Counted from the stretch's first letter, positions 19,464-28,132 are shown. The stretch is DNA of 64,000 bases from Minisyncoccota bacterium (GCA_022842945.1 JALHOO010000003.1:14458-78457), one strand, 5' to 3'. A program made the numbers and translations. The notes: generated by a model from the sequence alone, not told the origin.

Positions 19464-20918
19464 ATGAATTCAAAGAATGACACGCGTTCGCGCGGTCCTC
19501 GTCGTGAGGGTGGCGCACCGCGTCCACGTTCTGGCGGACGTCCAGCTCCTATGAGCTCGGCATACGAAGCGGGCATGAAGTTCGCTCTCGATAATGGTTT
19601 CAAGCGCCCTGCAACAGCGGCGGTTGAGTTTAAGCGTTCCCGTCCCTCGGGAGGCGCTGGATCTCGCGGTCCTCGTCGCGATGCTGGACCGTCTCGTAGC
19701 CCTTCGCGTGGAGGCTCGACAAGCTCACGCGGTGGCTACTCTCGCCCACAGTCTGGCGGTTCTCGTTCTGGAGGTGGACGCTCAGGCGGACGCAACTTCC
19801 AGGAGATGAACGTCGATCTCTCAAAGCTTGTTAACAAGGCAACGGCTCCAGCTGAAGTTGAGGTATACGTACCAACACACACCTTCGCAGAGTTCGCCGT
19901 TGACGAGCGTTTGAAGACAAACATCGCAAACAAGGGCTACGTTGCGCCAACTCCTATCCAGGACCAGTCTATTCTTCCTATGCTCGCAGGACGCGACGTA
20001 GTGGGAATCGCTAACACGGGTACCGGAAAGACCGCAGCATTCCTTATTCCTCTCATCGACAAAGTACTCAAGTTCCGTGCCGCGGGTACAGACGAGCGTG
20101 TGCTCGTTATGGTGCCAACGCGTGAGCTTGCTATCCAGATTGAGGACGAGTTCTTCGGCTTCGCTAAGGGTCTTGGTGTTAACTCCGTAACCTGTGTCGG
20201 AGGCGCAAACATCGTGCCGCAGATTCGCGTGCTTAAGCGCAACCCAGCCTTCGTTATCGGAACCCCAGGACGTCTTAAGGACCTTATGGAGCGCCGCGAG
20301 CTTAACCTTGAGCACTTCGGTACGGTTGTACTCGACGAGGCAGATCGCATGCTCGACATGGGATTCATCGACGACATGCGTTTCATCATGTCGAAGATGC
20401 GCAAGGAGCGTCACACACTCTTCTTCTCAGCTACAATGTCCCGCGACATTCAGGCACTTATCGGTGCGTTCTTGAACGATCCGGTACATGTGTCTGTTAA
20501 GACTCGTGAGACGTCGCACACCATTGATCAGGACGTGATCAGGGTGCATCACACTCAGAAGTTCGACAAGCTCGTAGAGCTTCTTAAGGACGAGAGCTTT
20601 GACAAGGTACTCGTGTTCGGACGCACCAAGCATGGCGTAGAGCGCCTTGCGAAGGATCTCCGTTCGTCTGGTATCCGTGCAGACTCTATCCACGGGAACA
20701 AGACGCACTCTGCCCGCCAGAAGGCACTCATCGCCTTCAAGCGTGGCGACGCGCGTGTGCTTACGGCAACTGACGTTGCGGCACGTGGTCTTGATATCTC
20801 GGGCGTCTCGCACGTGATCAACTACGACCTCCCGTCGACTTACGAGGACTACACTCACCGTATCGGCCGCACTGGCCGCGCGGGGAAGGCGGGCATGGCC
20901 CTTACCTTCATTCCGTAA
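19464..20918 (+). CDS. DEAD-box ATP-dependent RNA helicase with ~115-aa RG/SG-rich N-terminal extension
   Basis: Q-motif, GTGKT, PTRELA, DEAD (VLDEADRMLDMGF), SAT and HRIGRTGRAG motifs. The N-terminal low-complexity stretch is RSRGPRREGGAPRPRSGGRP...GGSRSGGGRSGGRN. Confidence 0.85.
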   Translation: MNSKNDTRSRGPRREGGAPRPRSGGRPAPMSSAYEAGMKFALDNGFKRPATAAVEFKRSRPSGGAGSRGPRRDAGPSRSPSRGGSTSSRGGYSRPQSGGSRSGGGRSGGRNFQEMNVDLSKLVNKATAPAEVEVYVPTHTFAEFAVDERLKTNIANKGYVAPTPIQDQSILPMLAGRDVVGIANTGTGKTAAFLIPLIDKVLKFRAAGTDERVLVMVPTRELAIQIEDEFFGFAKGLGVNSVTCVGGANIVPQIRVLKRNPAFVIGTPGRLKDLMERRELNLEHFGTVVLDEADRMLDMGFIDDMRFIMSKMRKERHTLFFSATMSRDIQALIGAFLNDPVHVSVKTRETSHTIDQDVIRVHHTQKFDKLVELLKDESFDKVLVFGRTKHGVERLAKDLRSSGIRADSIHGNKTHSARQKALIAFKRGDARVLTATDVAARGLDISGVSHVINYDLPSTYEDYTHRIGRTGRAGKAGMALTFIP

Positions 20919-20943
20919 GGAAACTAAACGCTTTTACAACGCA

Positions 20944-20970
20944 CACCCTCGCCTTTGGCGGGGGTTTGCT
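20944..20970 (+). terminator. Rho-independent terminator
   Basis: CCCTCGCC-TTTG-GCGGGGG followed by TTT. Confidence 0.6.
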
Positions 20971-21009
20971 ATACTTAGGGACATAGTATTTAAGGGCATA
21001 TATATTCGT

Positions 21010-21702
21010 ATGGAAACTAAAGTTAATGGCGCAGGTACCTTTTTCGAGAAGTACGGTACGGCACTTGCGGTACTCGTTGGTGCACTCATCATCGGAAGCG
21101 CATTCGCATTCGGACAGGGTGGGGAGCGTGCACCCGTTGCAGGAGAGCCTATCGCGGTTGATATCAAAGATGTAGAGCTCGACAATGGTCCTTCGGTTGG
21201 GCCTAAGTCTGCAAAGGTATCTGTAGCGGTATGGTTTGATTACCAGTGCCACTTCTGCAAGCAGTACGAGACCACTACTATTCAGGAGATTATCGCTGCA
21301 TACGGAAACGATGTGCGCATCGTATACAAGGACTTCCAGTTCCTTGGAAGCGCATCGAACGATGCGGCACTCTACTCACGCGCTGTGTGGGACGCATACC
21401 CAGACCGTTGGAGCGAGTGGTTCGCAGGTATGTTCGAGGCAGGTCCTGACAGCGAAGGAACCCTTAACCTCGCTGCCATGGACGCACTCTCGTCTCGTCT
21501 TGGACTTGATGTCGCGCGCCTGACTAAGCTCCGCACGGATAAGGCCTCTGAGTACCAGGCTGCTATTGATGCAGACCGTGCTGAGGGTCAGTCCTTCGGT
21601 ATTAACGGAACCCCGGGTACCATCATCGGTACTACGCTTGTCGCTGGCGCTCAGCCATTCGCAAGCGTAAAGGCGCTCATTGACGCCGAGCTCGCTCGCT
21701 AG
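21010..21702 (+). CDS. DsbA-family thiol:disulfide oxidoreductase (membrane-anchored)
   Basis: N-terminal TM anchor, thioredoxin-fold active site WFDYQCHFCKQYE, and the cis-Pro region GINGTPGTII. Confidence 0.75.
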   Translation: METKVNGAGTFFEKYGTALAVLVGALIIGSAFAFGQGGERAPVAGEPIAVDIKDVELDNGPSVGPKSAKVSVAVWFDYQCHFCKQYETTTIQEIIAAYGNDVRIVYKDFQFLGSASNDAALYSRAVWDAYPDRWSEWFAGMFEAGPDSEGTLNLAAMDALSSRLGLDVARLTKLRTDKASEYQAAIDADRAEGQSFGINGTPGTIIGTTLVAGAQPFASVKALIDAELAR

Positions 21703-21717
21703 CAAGAAGTGTAGATA

Positions 21718-21747
21718 GCAAAAGCCGCTCAATTGAGCGGCTTTTGC
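21718..21747 (+). terminator. Rho-independent terminator
   Basis: AAAAGCCGCTCAATTGAGCGGCTTTTGC. Confidence 0.65.
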
Positions 21748-21759
21748 TATTATGTGCAC

Positions 21760-22269
21760 ATGACTCCCAAAGACGTGCTCGTGAACGATCTCATGCAGAG
21801 CGGGTATCGGTATGTTAGAAGCGAACCCGTAGGCAAGAACTTTGCGAAAGACTTCACGCCGGATCTTACACCAAAGGAAGTCCTTCAGTTGGGTGCGTTT
21901 GGTGGAAAGTATATGACGGACTGCAAGGATGAATTTCCGAAGGACTGGTATGACGGCGTTAAGCTTTGTCACGAAAAGCATGTAGCAGAGTTCAACTGCT
22001 TCGGTGTGAACGCATCCCAGCCTTTGTCGGTGTGGCGAGCTAAAGGATGGATATACGAAGAGGATCCTCGCGGGTGGTTCCAATGGTACTGCCGGTACTA
22101 TATGGGTCGCAGGATTCCAGAAGAGGATGCGCGGCAGATTAAGCGGTGGAAGCAGATGGTGCGACACGTGGCGCAGGTTAAGTATGGGTGCCGTGCGGGA
22201 GACACCACGTGCCGTCCGCGTCAGAGGCAGGCCCTGTTGCACTGGGCGTATGATAGTAGGAAGCTATGA
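21760..22269 (+). CDS. Hypothetical Cys/Trp-rich protein
   Basis: ATG at 21760 is preferred because the track start at 21733 lies inside the terminator hairpin. The ATGA at 22266 overlaps the next gene, so the two are translationally coupled. Confidence 0.5.
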   Translation: MTPKDVLVNDLMQSGYRYVRSEPVGKNFAKDFTPDLTPKEVLQLGAFGGKYMTDCKDEFPKDWYDGVKLCHEKHVAEFNCFGVNASQPLSVWRAKGWIYEEDPRGWFQWYCRYYMGRRIPEEDARQIKRWKQMVRHVAQVKYGCRAGDTTCRPRQRQALLHWAYDSRKL

Positions 22270-22676
22270 GCGAGTACGAGTTTGAACAGATTGCAGAAGG
22301 AGAGTGGGCGCGTATGCCAGAGCGCTTTAAGCGCGAGATTGTGAACGTTGCCCTCCTTATTGAAGACGAGGTGAGTGACGAGATACGTGCGCTCGAGGGA
22401 CTCGAAGAAGGAGATACACTCCTCGGCCTATACCAGGGCATTCCGTTAACCGAGCGCGGAAGCGAGTACGGCATTGGTATGACGATGCCCGACACCATAA
22501 CCCTCTACCGACTACCTATCCTTGAGGAAGCAGAAGAAATGGATAGAGCGTTTAGGGACGCGGTCCGCATCGTTGTACGGGAGACGCTATGGCACGAGGT
22601 TGGACATTACTTTGGGCTTCAGGAACATGCAGTTAACGAGAGGGAGAATGAGGGGACGAATGGGTTCGATACCTAG
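22266..22676 (+). CDS. Zincin-like metallopeptidase family protein (PF06262/Zincin_1-like)
   Basis: 136 aa with the C-terminal HExxH motif TLWHEVGHYFGLQEH. Size and layout are typical of the family. Confidence 0.55.
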   Translation: MSEYEFEQIAEGEWARMPERFKREIVNVALLIEDEVSDEIRALEGLEEGDTLLGLYQGIPLTERGSEYGIGMTMPDTITLYRLPILEEAEEMDRAFRDAVRIVVRETLWHEVGHYFGLQEHAVNERENEGTNGFDT

Positions 22677-22937
22677 TCTGCCAGCAATGAAACTCCCCCG
22701 ATTACTCGGGGGAGGGCTTCAGGTTATTCGGATGAGAGATCGCTAACATCGCTCGTTTCTGGTCTTCCGTAAGCGGCGATGAGGCGCTGTCGGTCGGCAC
22801 GGATCTGCTTCTGAACTGAGGCAGGCGTTGAGCAAGAGGTCTTATGCGATGTGAAATGGCGGCGTGGTCAACGGTACGAGGATGTCTCGCGGTCATGCTA
22901 TTTTCTCCTATAACTACCCGGAGTAACCGTAGCATGT

Positions 22938-22969
22938 ACCAACACGTGTTCCAACATCGCCCCATACAG
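22938..22969 (+). repeat. Degenerate copy of the cassette-boundary element
   Basis: GTTCCAACATCGCCCCATACAGCCAAGCTATA. Confidence 0.6.
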
Positions 22970-22987
22970 CCAAGCTATACTGAATGC

Positions 22988-23395
22988 ATGAGTGAAATCA
23001 AACACATATGTCTTTGTGGCTCCATGTCTGTTCTTCCACGCATTCTGGAAGTTAAAGATACTCTCGAATCAAAGGGTATCATTGTTGAGACCCCTAGTCT
23101 TAATGAGCCGAGCGACTACTCGACACTCTCTGAAGCGGATCGTGCACCTATAAAGACTGAAATGATTAGACGTCATCTGGAACGAATTAAGACCTCGGAT
23201 GCGATTCTTGTAGTGAATGAGACTACAAAGGGGATTGAGAGCTACATTGGTGCAAATTCATTCCTTGAAATGGGTATTGCATTCGCATTTGAGAAGCCAA
23301 TTCTTTTACTGAATTCTGTACCTCAGCAACCTAATCGTGATGAGTTGCTCGGCCTAAATCCAAGGGAACTCAAGGGAGACCTGGATTCCATATAG
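22988..23395 (+). CDS. Cassette gene: flavodoxin-like/SLOG- or nucleoside 2-deoxyribosyltransferase-like small protein (tentative)
   Basis: The 136-aa sequence MSEIKHICLCGSMSV...ILVVNET...YIGANSFLEMGIAFAFEKPI resembles Rossmann-like nucleotide-processing folds. The start is set after repeat copy 2. The stop TAG abuts repeat copy 3. Confidence 0.4.
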   Translation: MSEIKHICLCGSMSVLPRILEVKDTLESKGIIVETPSLNEPSDYSTLSEADRAPIKTEMIRRHLERIKTSDAILVVNETTKGIESYIGANSFLEMGIAFAFEKPILLLNSVPQQPNRDELLGLNPRELKGDLDSI

Positions 23396-23424
23396 ATTCC
23401 AACATCGTCCCAGCCTCCAGCAAT
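23396..23424 (+). repeat. Cassette-boundary element copy 3
   Basis: TTCCAACATCGTCCCAGCCTCCAGCAATC. Confidence 0.85.
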
Positions 23425-24186
23425 CTATAAAATCTTATACAACACTTCGCAGTACTCGAAGTCTGTTCCGAACTGCTCTGATTGTCGTCGAGAGAACTCC
23501 ATGATTCGCGAAGAAAGATCCCCGCCTACAAAAAGCTCAAGTGGCAGTATTTGAGACTTATACATCATTATCGCTTCAGTCTTCTTCAACACTTGCTCTT
23601 TTAAAAGAGGGGCGACTACCGTCTCTGCATTCGCTACGCTTGTTATGTGATCTGCGCTGAGCTTTTCTTGAGGAAGGGTGCAGGCGTACGGCAAGTCCTG
23701 ATATAGGAAGCAATGGACATTTCTGGATACTAAATGCGGAATAGCAGCATGCAAGACCTGCTTTATAAGTCGGTGATCCTGATGCAATTCCAGTCCAGGC
23801 GCATAGAGGTTAAGCTCCCTTTGTCCGCATCCTTCTAGGAAGGAAAGAAGGCCCCGAAGGAGAACTTCTTGAAGTTCTCCTTCGCTTGATCTGCGAAATA
23901 TACTGCTTCGGTATTGCTGGTCTAAGTGTCCCAGATTAACAATCTGTTCCTGCGGAACTCCAAGGAATTCAAGAGCCTGGCTATTTTCTTCTACTCTGGC
24001 TTTGTGCGCTTGATTGCTGTTAAGAAATCCAGAAGAAAGATCCCAGGGAGTGATATGAAGAGTGTCAGGCTTGCCGGCAAAGAATGTTATTACCGTTGAG
24101 ATGGCGCCTTCTTTCGCCAAGAGTCCGCCCAGAGAAAGGACAGCATCATCAAAGTGGGGTGAAAGTATAATGTTATATCTTTCCAT
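23425..24186 (-). CDS. Cassette gene (inverted): PIG-L/LmbE family N-acetylglucosaminyl deacetylase
   Basis: N-terminal ILSPHFDDAVLSLGG (the HxDDxxxG zinc-binding motif) and the downstream HQDH motif. Start is set at MERYNI. Longer starts at 24216 and 24228 would run into repeat copy 4. Confidence 0.7.
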   Translation of the reverse strand: MERYNIILSPHFDDAVLSLGGLLAKEGAISTVITFFAGKPDTLHITPWDLSSGFLNSNQAHKARVEENSQALEFLGVPQEQIVNLGHLDQQYRSSIFRRSSEGELQEVLLRGLLSFLEGCGQRELNLYAPGLELHQDHRLIKQVLHAAIPHLVSRNVHCFLYQDLPYACTLPQEKLSADHITSVANAETVVAPLLKEQVLKKTEAIMMYKSQILPLELFVGGDLSSRIMEFSRRQSEQFGTDFEYCEVLYKIL

Positions 24187-24218
24187 ATCTAGAAGTATAT
24201 ATCTTTCCTTCTGCATGG

Positions 24219-24250
24219 ACTCCAACATCGTCCCAGACTGCCAGCAAAAT
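24219..24250 (+). repeat. Cassette-boundary element copy 4
   Basis: ACTCCAACATCGTCCCAGACTGCCAGCAAAAT. Confidence 0.85.
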
Positions 24251-24268
24251 TAGCCGTATACTTAGAGA

Positions 24269-24718
24269 ATGATCCCTCTCAAGAGGCTTTTATATACGTT
24301 CATCCAACCATTCAGAAAGCTGTATTGGTTTATGGTACGGCCGCATACCTTAGGAGTTAAATGCCTAATCGAACACGAGGGAAAATTTCTTTGCATACGC
24401 AATTCGTACTATCCATATTGGACGCTCCCTGGAGGGGGAGTTGGCAAGAACGAACTACCTAAACAAACAGCCCGAAGGGAGACGCTAGAGGAAGTAGGAA
24501 TTGATGCAGCAGACTGGAAGGAAATAGGAGAGTACCAAAGCAGGCGCGAGCATAAGAAAGATGTTGTGCACTGCTTCTACGTAGAGGTAGAGAGTCCGGA
24601 ATTTCAGATTGATAACGACGAAGTAATTGAAGCTCGTTGGTTCAGTGAAGACGAGATTCCTGAGAACCGATCGTTTGCTGTGGAGGAGGTCCTAGCTCTG
24701 TATGAGGGATCAAGATAA
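24269..24718 (+). CDS. Cassette gene: NUDIX hydrolase
   Basis: Nudix box GGGVGKNELPKQTARRETLEEVGI. Confidence 0.8.
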   Translation: MIPLKRLLYTFIQPFRKLYWFMVRPHTLGVKCLIEHEGKFLCIRNSYYPYWTLPGGGVGKNELPKQTARRETLEEVGIDAADWKEIGEYQSRREHKKDVVHCFYVEVESPEFQIDNDEVIEARWFSEDEIPENRSFAVEEVLALYEGSR

Positions 24719-24740
24719 AGGTTCCAGACTGCCAGCAATA
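24717..24740 (+). repeat. Cassette-boundary element copy 5 (deletion variant)
   Basis: AAGGTTCC-AGACTGCCAGCAATA. It lacks AACATCGTCCC. The deletion is bounded by TCCA microhomology. Confidence 0.8.
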
Positions 24741-24763
24741 CTTTACAGGCTATAATCTCAGTA

Positions 24764-25420
24764 ATGGATTTCGTCGATGCCCTGGCAATAAAGCTCTGGA
24801 ACTATCACCACGTAGGTCATAAGTGGGAGAAAGCGGACATCATCTTTGCGCTCGGAAGTCATGATCTAGGCGTAGCGCGCTTTGCAGCACTCCTGTTCCA
24901 GGAGGGGTGGGCTCCGCTTCTGGCATTTTCGGGAGGCATCGCACATCAGGGTGATTCGTTGCGAACTGGCTGGGACAAGTCAGAGGCTGAGATGTTTGCT
25001 GATGTAGCGATGAGTGTGGGTGTCCCTAAGGAAGAAATCCTTATTGAAGACAGGGCAACAAATACGGGTGAGAACTTCGCGTTCATGGAGCAAGTGTTTA
25101 AAGACCAAGGACTGAATCCCAAGAAAGTAATTCTTGTACAGAAGCCTTACATGGAACGTAGGGCACTTGCCACGGCGCTCGCGCATTGGCCACAAAGAGA
25201 ATTCATTTCAACCTCTATGCCCATATCATTTGAGGACTATACGAGCGGGGATATACCGAAAGATCGCATCATTAACATCATGGTTGGCGATCTGCAAAGA
25301 ATTAAGCTCTACGGGGAAAAAGGATTCCAGGTTCCTCAGGAGATTCCAGAGGACGTATGGGATGCATACGAGAAGTTGGTTCAGTTGGGCTACACCTCAC
25401 ATTTGGTTACTGAAGCATAA
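24764..25420 (+). CDS. Cassette gene: DUF218 (YdcF/SanA-like) domain protein
   Basis: ADIIFALGSHDLGVARFAALLFQEGWAPLLAFSGG matches the DUF218 core. Confidence 0.65.
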   Translation: MDFVDALAIKLWNYHHVGHKWEKADIIFALGSHDLGVARFAALLFQEGWAPLLAFSGGIAHQGDSLRTGWDKSEAEMFADVAMSVGVPKEEILIEDRATNTGENFAFMEQVFKDQGLNPKKVILVQKPYMERRALATALAHWPQREFISTSMPISFEDYTSGDIPKDRIINIMVGDLQRIKLYGEKGFQVPQEIPEDVWDAYEKLVQLGYTSHLVTEA

Positions 25421-25453
25421 AGGTTCCAACATCGTCCCAGACTGCCAGCGATA
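25419..25453 (+). repeat. Cassette-boundary element copy 6
   Basis: AAAGGTTCCAACATCGTCCCAGACTGCCAGCGATA. Confidence 0.9.
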
Positions 25454-25469
25454 ACGCTATACTAGCTAC

Positions 25470-26030
25470 ATGCAATATAAGGCCCTTGTGTTCGACTTCT
25501 TTGGAGTGGTTTGTTCTGAAATATCTCCGTTCTGGTTCGCAGAGCACCTCCCGGATCGCGCAAAAGAACTTAAGCACCAATACCTGCGTCCTGCGGATCA
25601 AGGTGAAGTATCGCAAGAAGAACTATTTAATCAGCTCGCTATGTTGTCCAACCTTCCTGCGGAAGAAATTGAGCAGGACTGGAACGCACGTGCGGTTTTC
25701 AATACAGAGCTCGTAAGCTTCATAAGAGAATTGAAGGGTGAGTATAAACTTGGCCTTCTTTCAAACAGTATGGCTCCGCTCTTTCATACGCTCGCAGAGA
25801 AGGTTAATGTAGCCGACTTATTCGAACAGGTAGCGGTATCGAGCGAGATTGGTCATGCCAAGCCTGAACCAGAAGCATTTCAAGCAATACTGGCAAAGTT
25901 AAGCGTGCTTCCTGAGGAGGCACTAATGATTGATGACAATCAGGTTAATCTTGATGGTGCGAGGGAGATAGGAATGCCAGGATTCCTTTTCACATCAGTT
26001 TCGGGACTGAAGGCTGCATTAGGGAAGTAG
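25470..26030 (+). CDS. Cassette gene: HAD-superfamily hydrolase (subfamily IA)
   Basis: Motif I ALVFDFFGVV (DxD-type), motif II LLSNS, and a C-terminal DD motif. Confidence 0.75.
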   Translation: MQYKALVFDFFGVVCSEISPFWFAEHLPDRAKELKHQYLRPADQGEVSQEELFNQLAMLSNLPAEEIEQDWNARAVFNTELVSFIRELKGEYKLGLLSNSMAPLFHTLAEKVNVADLFEQVAVSSEIGHAKPEPEAFQAILAKLSVLPEEALMIDDNQVNLDGAREIGMPGFLFTSVSGLKAALGK

Positions 26031-26038
26031 GTTCCAAC

Positions 26039-26072
26039 ATCGTCCCAGACTGCCAGCAATAAAATCTGATAC
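26039..26072 (+). repeat. Cassette-boundary element copy 7
   Basis: AGGTTCCAACATCGTCCCAGACTGCCAGCAATAA. Confidence 0.9.
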
Positions 26073-26081
26073 AGTCTAAGC

Positions 26082-26741
26082 ATGCAAAAGGCTTTTATAT
26101 TCGACATGGACGGCGTACTCGCAAATACTGAACCCTATTGGGAGGCCGCTAAAGCCGAGGTCTTCAACGAATTCTTAAATCCATTGGTAGTACAGAAGAT
26201 GGGTCCAACCATGGGCCTCAACATGGATAGTATCTACAATCTCGCTGTAGAATGCGGCGCGTCTTTAGATAAGGAGGCGCTCATCAGCGCCTTTTATGCT
26301 AAAGCACACTGGGTGTATGAGAACGCTGCATTAACGCCTAACGTAGAAGAGTTGGGAAGAGCTCTTCAGCGAATGAACTACGCCATTGCCATCGTATCCG
26401 CATCTCCAACAGATTGGATGAGTACAATTGTTGGCCGGCTTCCATTTCGAGAGTCTATTCGCCATCTAATATCTTTGGAAGACCGAAAGGATCTGGCGCA
26501 CAAGCCTGCGCCTGACGGATATCTTGAGGCTATGAGGGAGCTGGGTTCTGGACCCGAGACAACTATTATCCTAGAGGATTCAAATACCGGCATCGCGTCG
26601 GCAAAAGCTTCCGGTGCCTATACGATCGGACTGCGAGAGAATCTCATTGAGGGATACGTACAGGAAGGCGCCGATACATACGTTGAGAACATGGGAGATG
26701 TACTGCAGATTCTAGAGAATCGAGAAAAGGCCTCGGTTTAG
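26082..26741 (+). CDS. Cassette gene: HAD-superfamily hydrolase, beta-phosphoglucomutase-like
   Basis: AFIFDMDGVLANTEPYW (DxDG motif I), IVSAS motif II, and a C-terminal EDSNTGIASAKASG. Confidence 0.8.
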   Translation: MQKAFIFDMDGVLANTEPYWEAAKAEVFNEFLNPLVVQKMGPTMGLNMDSIYNLAVECGASLDKEALISAFYAKAHWVYENAALTPNVEELGRALQRMNYAIAIVSASPTDWMSTIVGRLPFRESIRHLISLEDRKDLAHKPAPDGYLEAMRELGSGPETTIILEDSNTGIASAKASGAYTIGLRENLIEGYVQEGADTYVENMGDVLQILENREKASV

Positions 26742-26742
26742 G

Positions 26743-26775
26743 AAGGTTCCAACATCGTCCCAGACAGCCAGCAAT
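26743..26775 (+). repeat. Cassette-boundary element copy 8
   Basis: GAAGGTTCCAACATCGTCCCAGACAGCCAGCAATA. Confidence 0.9.
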
Positions 26776-26787
26776 AATATATAAAAA

Positions 26788-26826
26788 AGCGCCTCCTGCT
26801 GGTACATGCAGTTGGCGCTTTCGCTT
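26788..26826 (+). terminator. Hairpin terminator inside the gene-less unit
   Basis: AGCGCC-TCCTGCTGGTACATGCAGTT-GGCGCT followed by TTCGCTTC. Confidence 0.5.
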
Positions 26827-26916
26827 CAGGTGTCTGATGGCCCAGACATTTTCCCCTCAGTCGCTGGTTCTGATAGGCCCCAGTAAGCCATCACCGAATG
26901 AACGACGATGCTAGAA

Positions 26917-26986
26917 CTATACTAGCAGGATATATTTATTTGTCAAGTACAAAAAGTTCTAACATCGTCCCAGACCGCCAGCAATA
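26917..26986 (+). repeat. Cassette-boundary element copy 9, extended version (~70 bp)
   Basis: Shares an extra upstream segment CTATACTAGCAGGATATATTTATTTGTCAAGTACAAA with copy 10. The core is AAGTTCTAACATCGTCCCAGACCGCCAGCAATA. Confidence 0.85.
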
Positions 26987-27044
26987 ACAAAAGCCGCTCA
27001 AAATAAAAGCTAAACGGCTTTTGTCTTTGAACGGCTTAGGGGAA

Positions 27045-27527
27045 TTAACCCCAATAGCTGCAGAGGAGAAGTTCAGGTTCGCGGAACTCGATTCCGGCAC
27101 GTTTGCAGAACGCAGCCAGTTTCTCGCGCCACTCGGGTTTGACCTCAACGCCCTGTCCGAAGGAAAGTGGCGAGCCTCGACTGCTCACGTGGTCGCAGTC
27201 CTTGACGGCGAGAATCCACATGGGGTATTCGCCCGAGCAGTGCTCGACCAGGGTAACACCGAATTCCTCCTCCAGATTCCTTTTCTTGGCCCAGTAATCG
27301 GACCAAGTCTGGGCATACGCAGGATCGGAGTCGTACTTCTCCTTATCGAAGGAGTCTGGCTCCCGGAGACCGACGAGGTTTGCAAGGAAATCCTCGAATT
27401 CCATCGACTCCTCGTCGTCGTCGCCAGGCAGCGTCAGCCATTCGGGTGATTCGCCCTCGACTTCGTCCCCATCTTCATTGTGGATTCGAAAGCCGTAGCA
27501 GAGAATTCCGTTCGTTGAGACGCCCAT
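27045..27527 (-). CDS. Cassette gene (inverted): acidic hypothetical protein
   Basis: 161 aa starting MGVSTNGILCYGF. The gene is GC-richer than its neighbours and is flanked on both sides by extended repeat copies. Confidence 0.5.
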   Translation of the reverse strand: MGVSTNGILCYGFRIHNEDGDEVEGESPEWLTLPGDDDEESMEFEDFLANLVGLREPDSFDKEKYDSDPAYAQTWSDYWAKKRNLEEEFGVTLVEHCSGEYPMWILAVKDCDHVSSRGSPLSFGQGVEVKPEWREKLAAFCKRAGIEFREPELLLCSYWG

Positions 27528-27581
27528 GGCATTTCTCCCTTTAGCTTGTGATAGATCAATTGGCCACAAATAGGCTTGGTA

Positions 27582-27652
27582 CTATCATAGCACGATATTG
27601 CTTATTTTGTCAAGTACAAAGGTTCCAACATCGTCCCAGACTGCCAGCAATA
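27582..27652 (+). repeat. Cassette-boundary element copy 10, extended version
   Basis: CTATCATAGCACGATATTGCTTATTTTGTCAAGTACAAAGGTTCCAACATCGTCCCAGACTGCCAGCAATA. Confidence 0.85.
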
Positions 27653-27670
27653 TTTGGTACACTTTCAATT

Positions 27671-28132
27671 ATGAAATGGGACATTCCGCCAGATATAAAG
27701 ATATATGAAGCGCTGGGAGCAGTTGCCGATGAGCGAGTTAAGGCAGACGAAAATCGAGCCAAAGTTTATTCCTCAAGTGGTAATAAATTCTACGACGTAG
27801 AATATGACGCAGACTCGGGGTCAATCATGACGAACGATAATGGATCGTATTGGAAGGGGTATCTTGGTTATCCAGCCGTTGCGTACTTAATGTCGCTCAG
27901 GGTACTAACATACAACTCTAATCTCGGGAGTTTAATGCAGGGAATCGCCTGGAAGGATCTCAATACCAAGTACAAGAATGATTTTGAGAAGACGCTTGAT
28001 TTCATACTTAAAGACCTACCTATAGGGGCTAAACAGGAGCTTCAGGATTATGTATCCCAGGTTCAGGGAGAGATAGTAAGTCTCGACCTAAGCCTCTTAG
28101 GTAAGAAAACTCTACCGCCGCAGGGATACTAG
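27671..28132 (+). CDS. Cassette gene: hypothetical protein
   Basis: 154-aa ORF starting MKWDIPPDIKIYE, 19 nt after repeat copy 10 and 6-7 nt after a TACACT box. Confidence 0.5.
   Translation: MKWDIPPDIKIYEALGAVADERVKADENRAKVYSSSGNKFYDVEYDADSGSIMTNDNGSYWKGYLGYPAVAYLMSLRVLTYNSNLGSLMQGIAWKDLNTKYKNDFEKTLDFILKDLPIGAKQELQDYVSQVQGEIVSLDLSLLGKKTLPPQGY

Noticed and set aside
21733-21759. TTG start for the ORF at 21733
   Set aside because: The first nine codons lie inside the dsbA terminator hairpin (AAAAGCCGCTCAATTGAGCGGCTTTTGC). The ATG at 21760 is preferred.
22844-22987. N-terminal 48 codons of the track ORF 22844-23395
   Set aside because: This extension runs through repeat copy 2 and non-coding-looking sequence. 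The ATG at 22988, 7 nt after a TATACT box, gives a protein that starts directly with the conserved I-C-L-C-G-S core.
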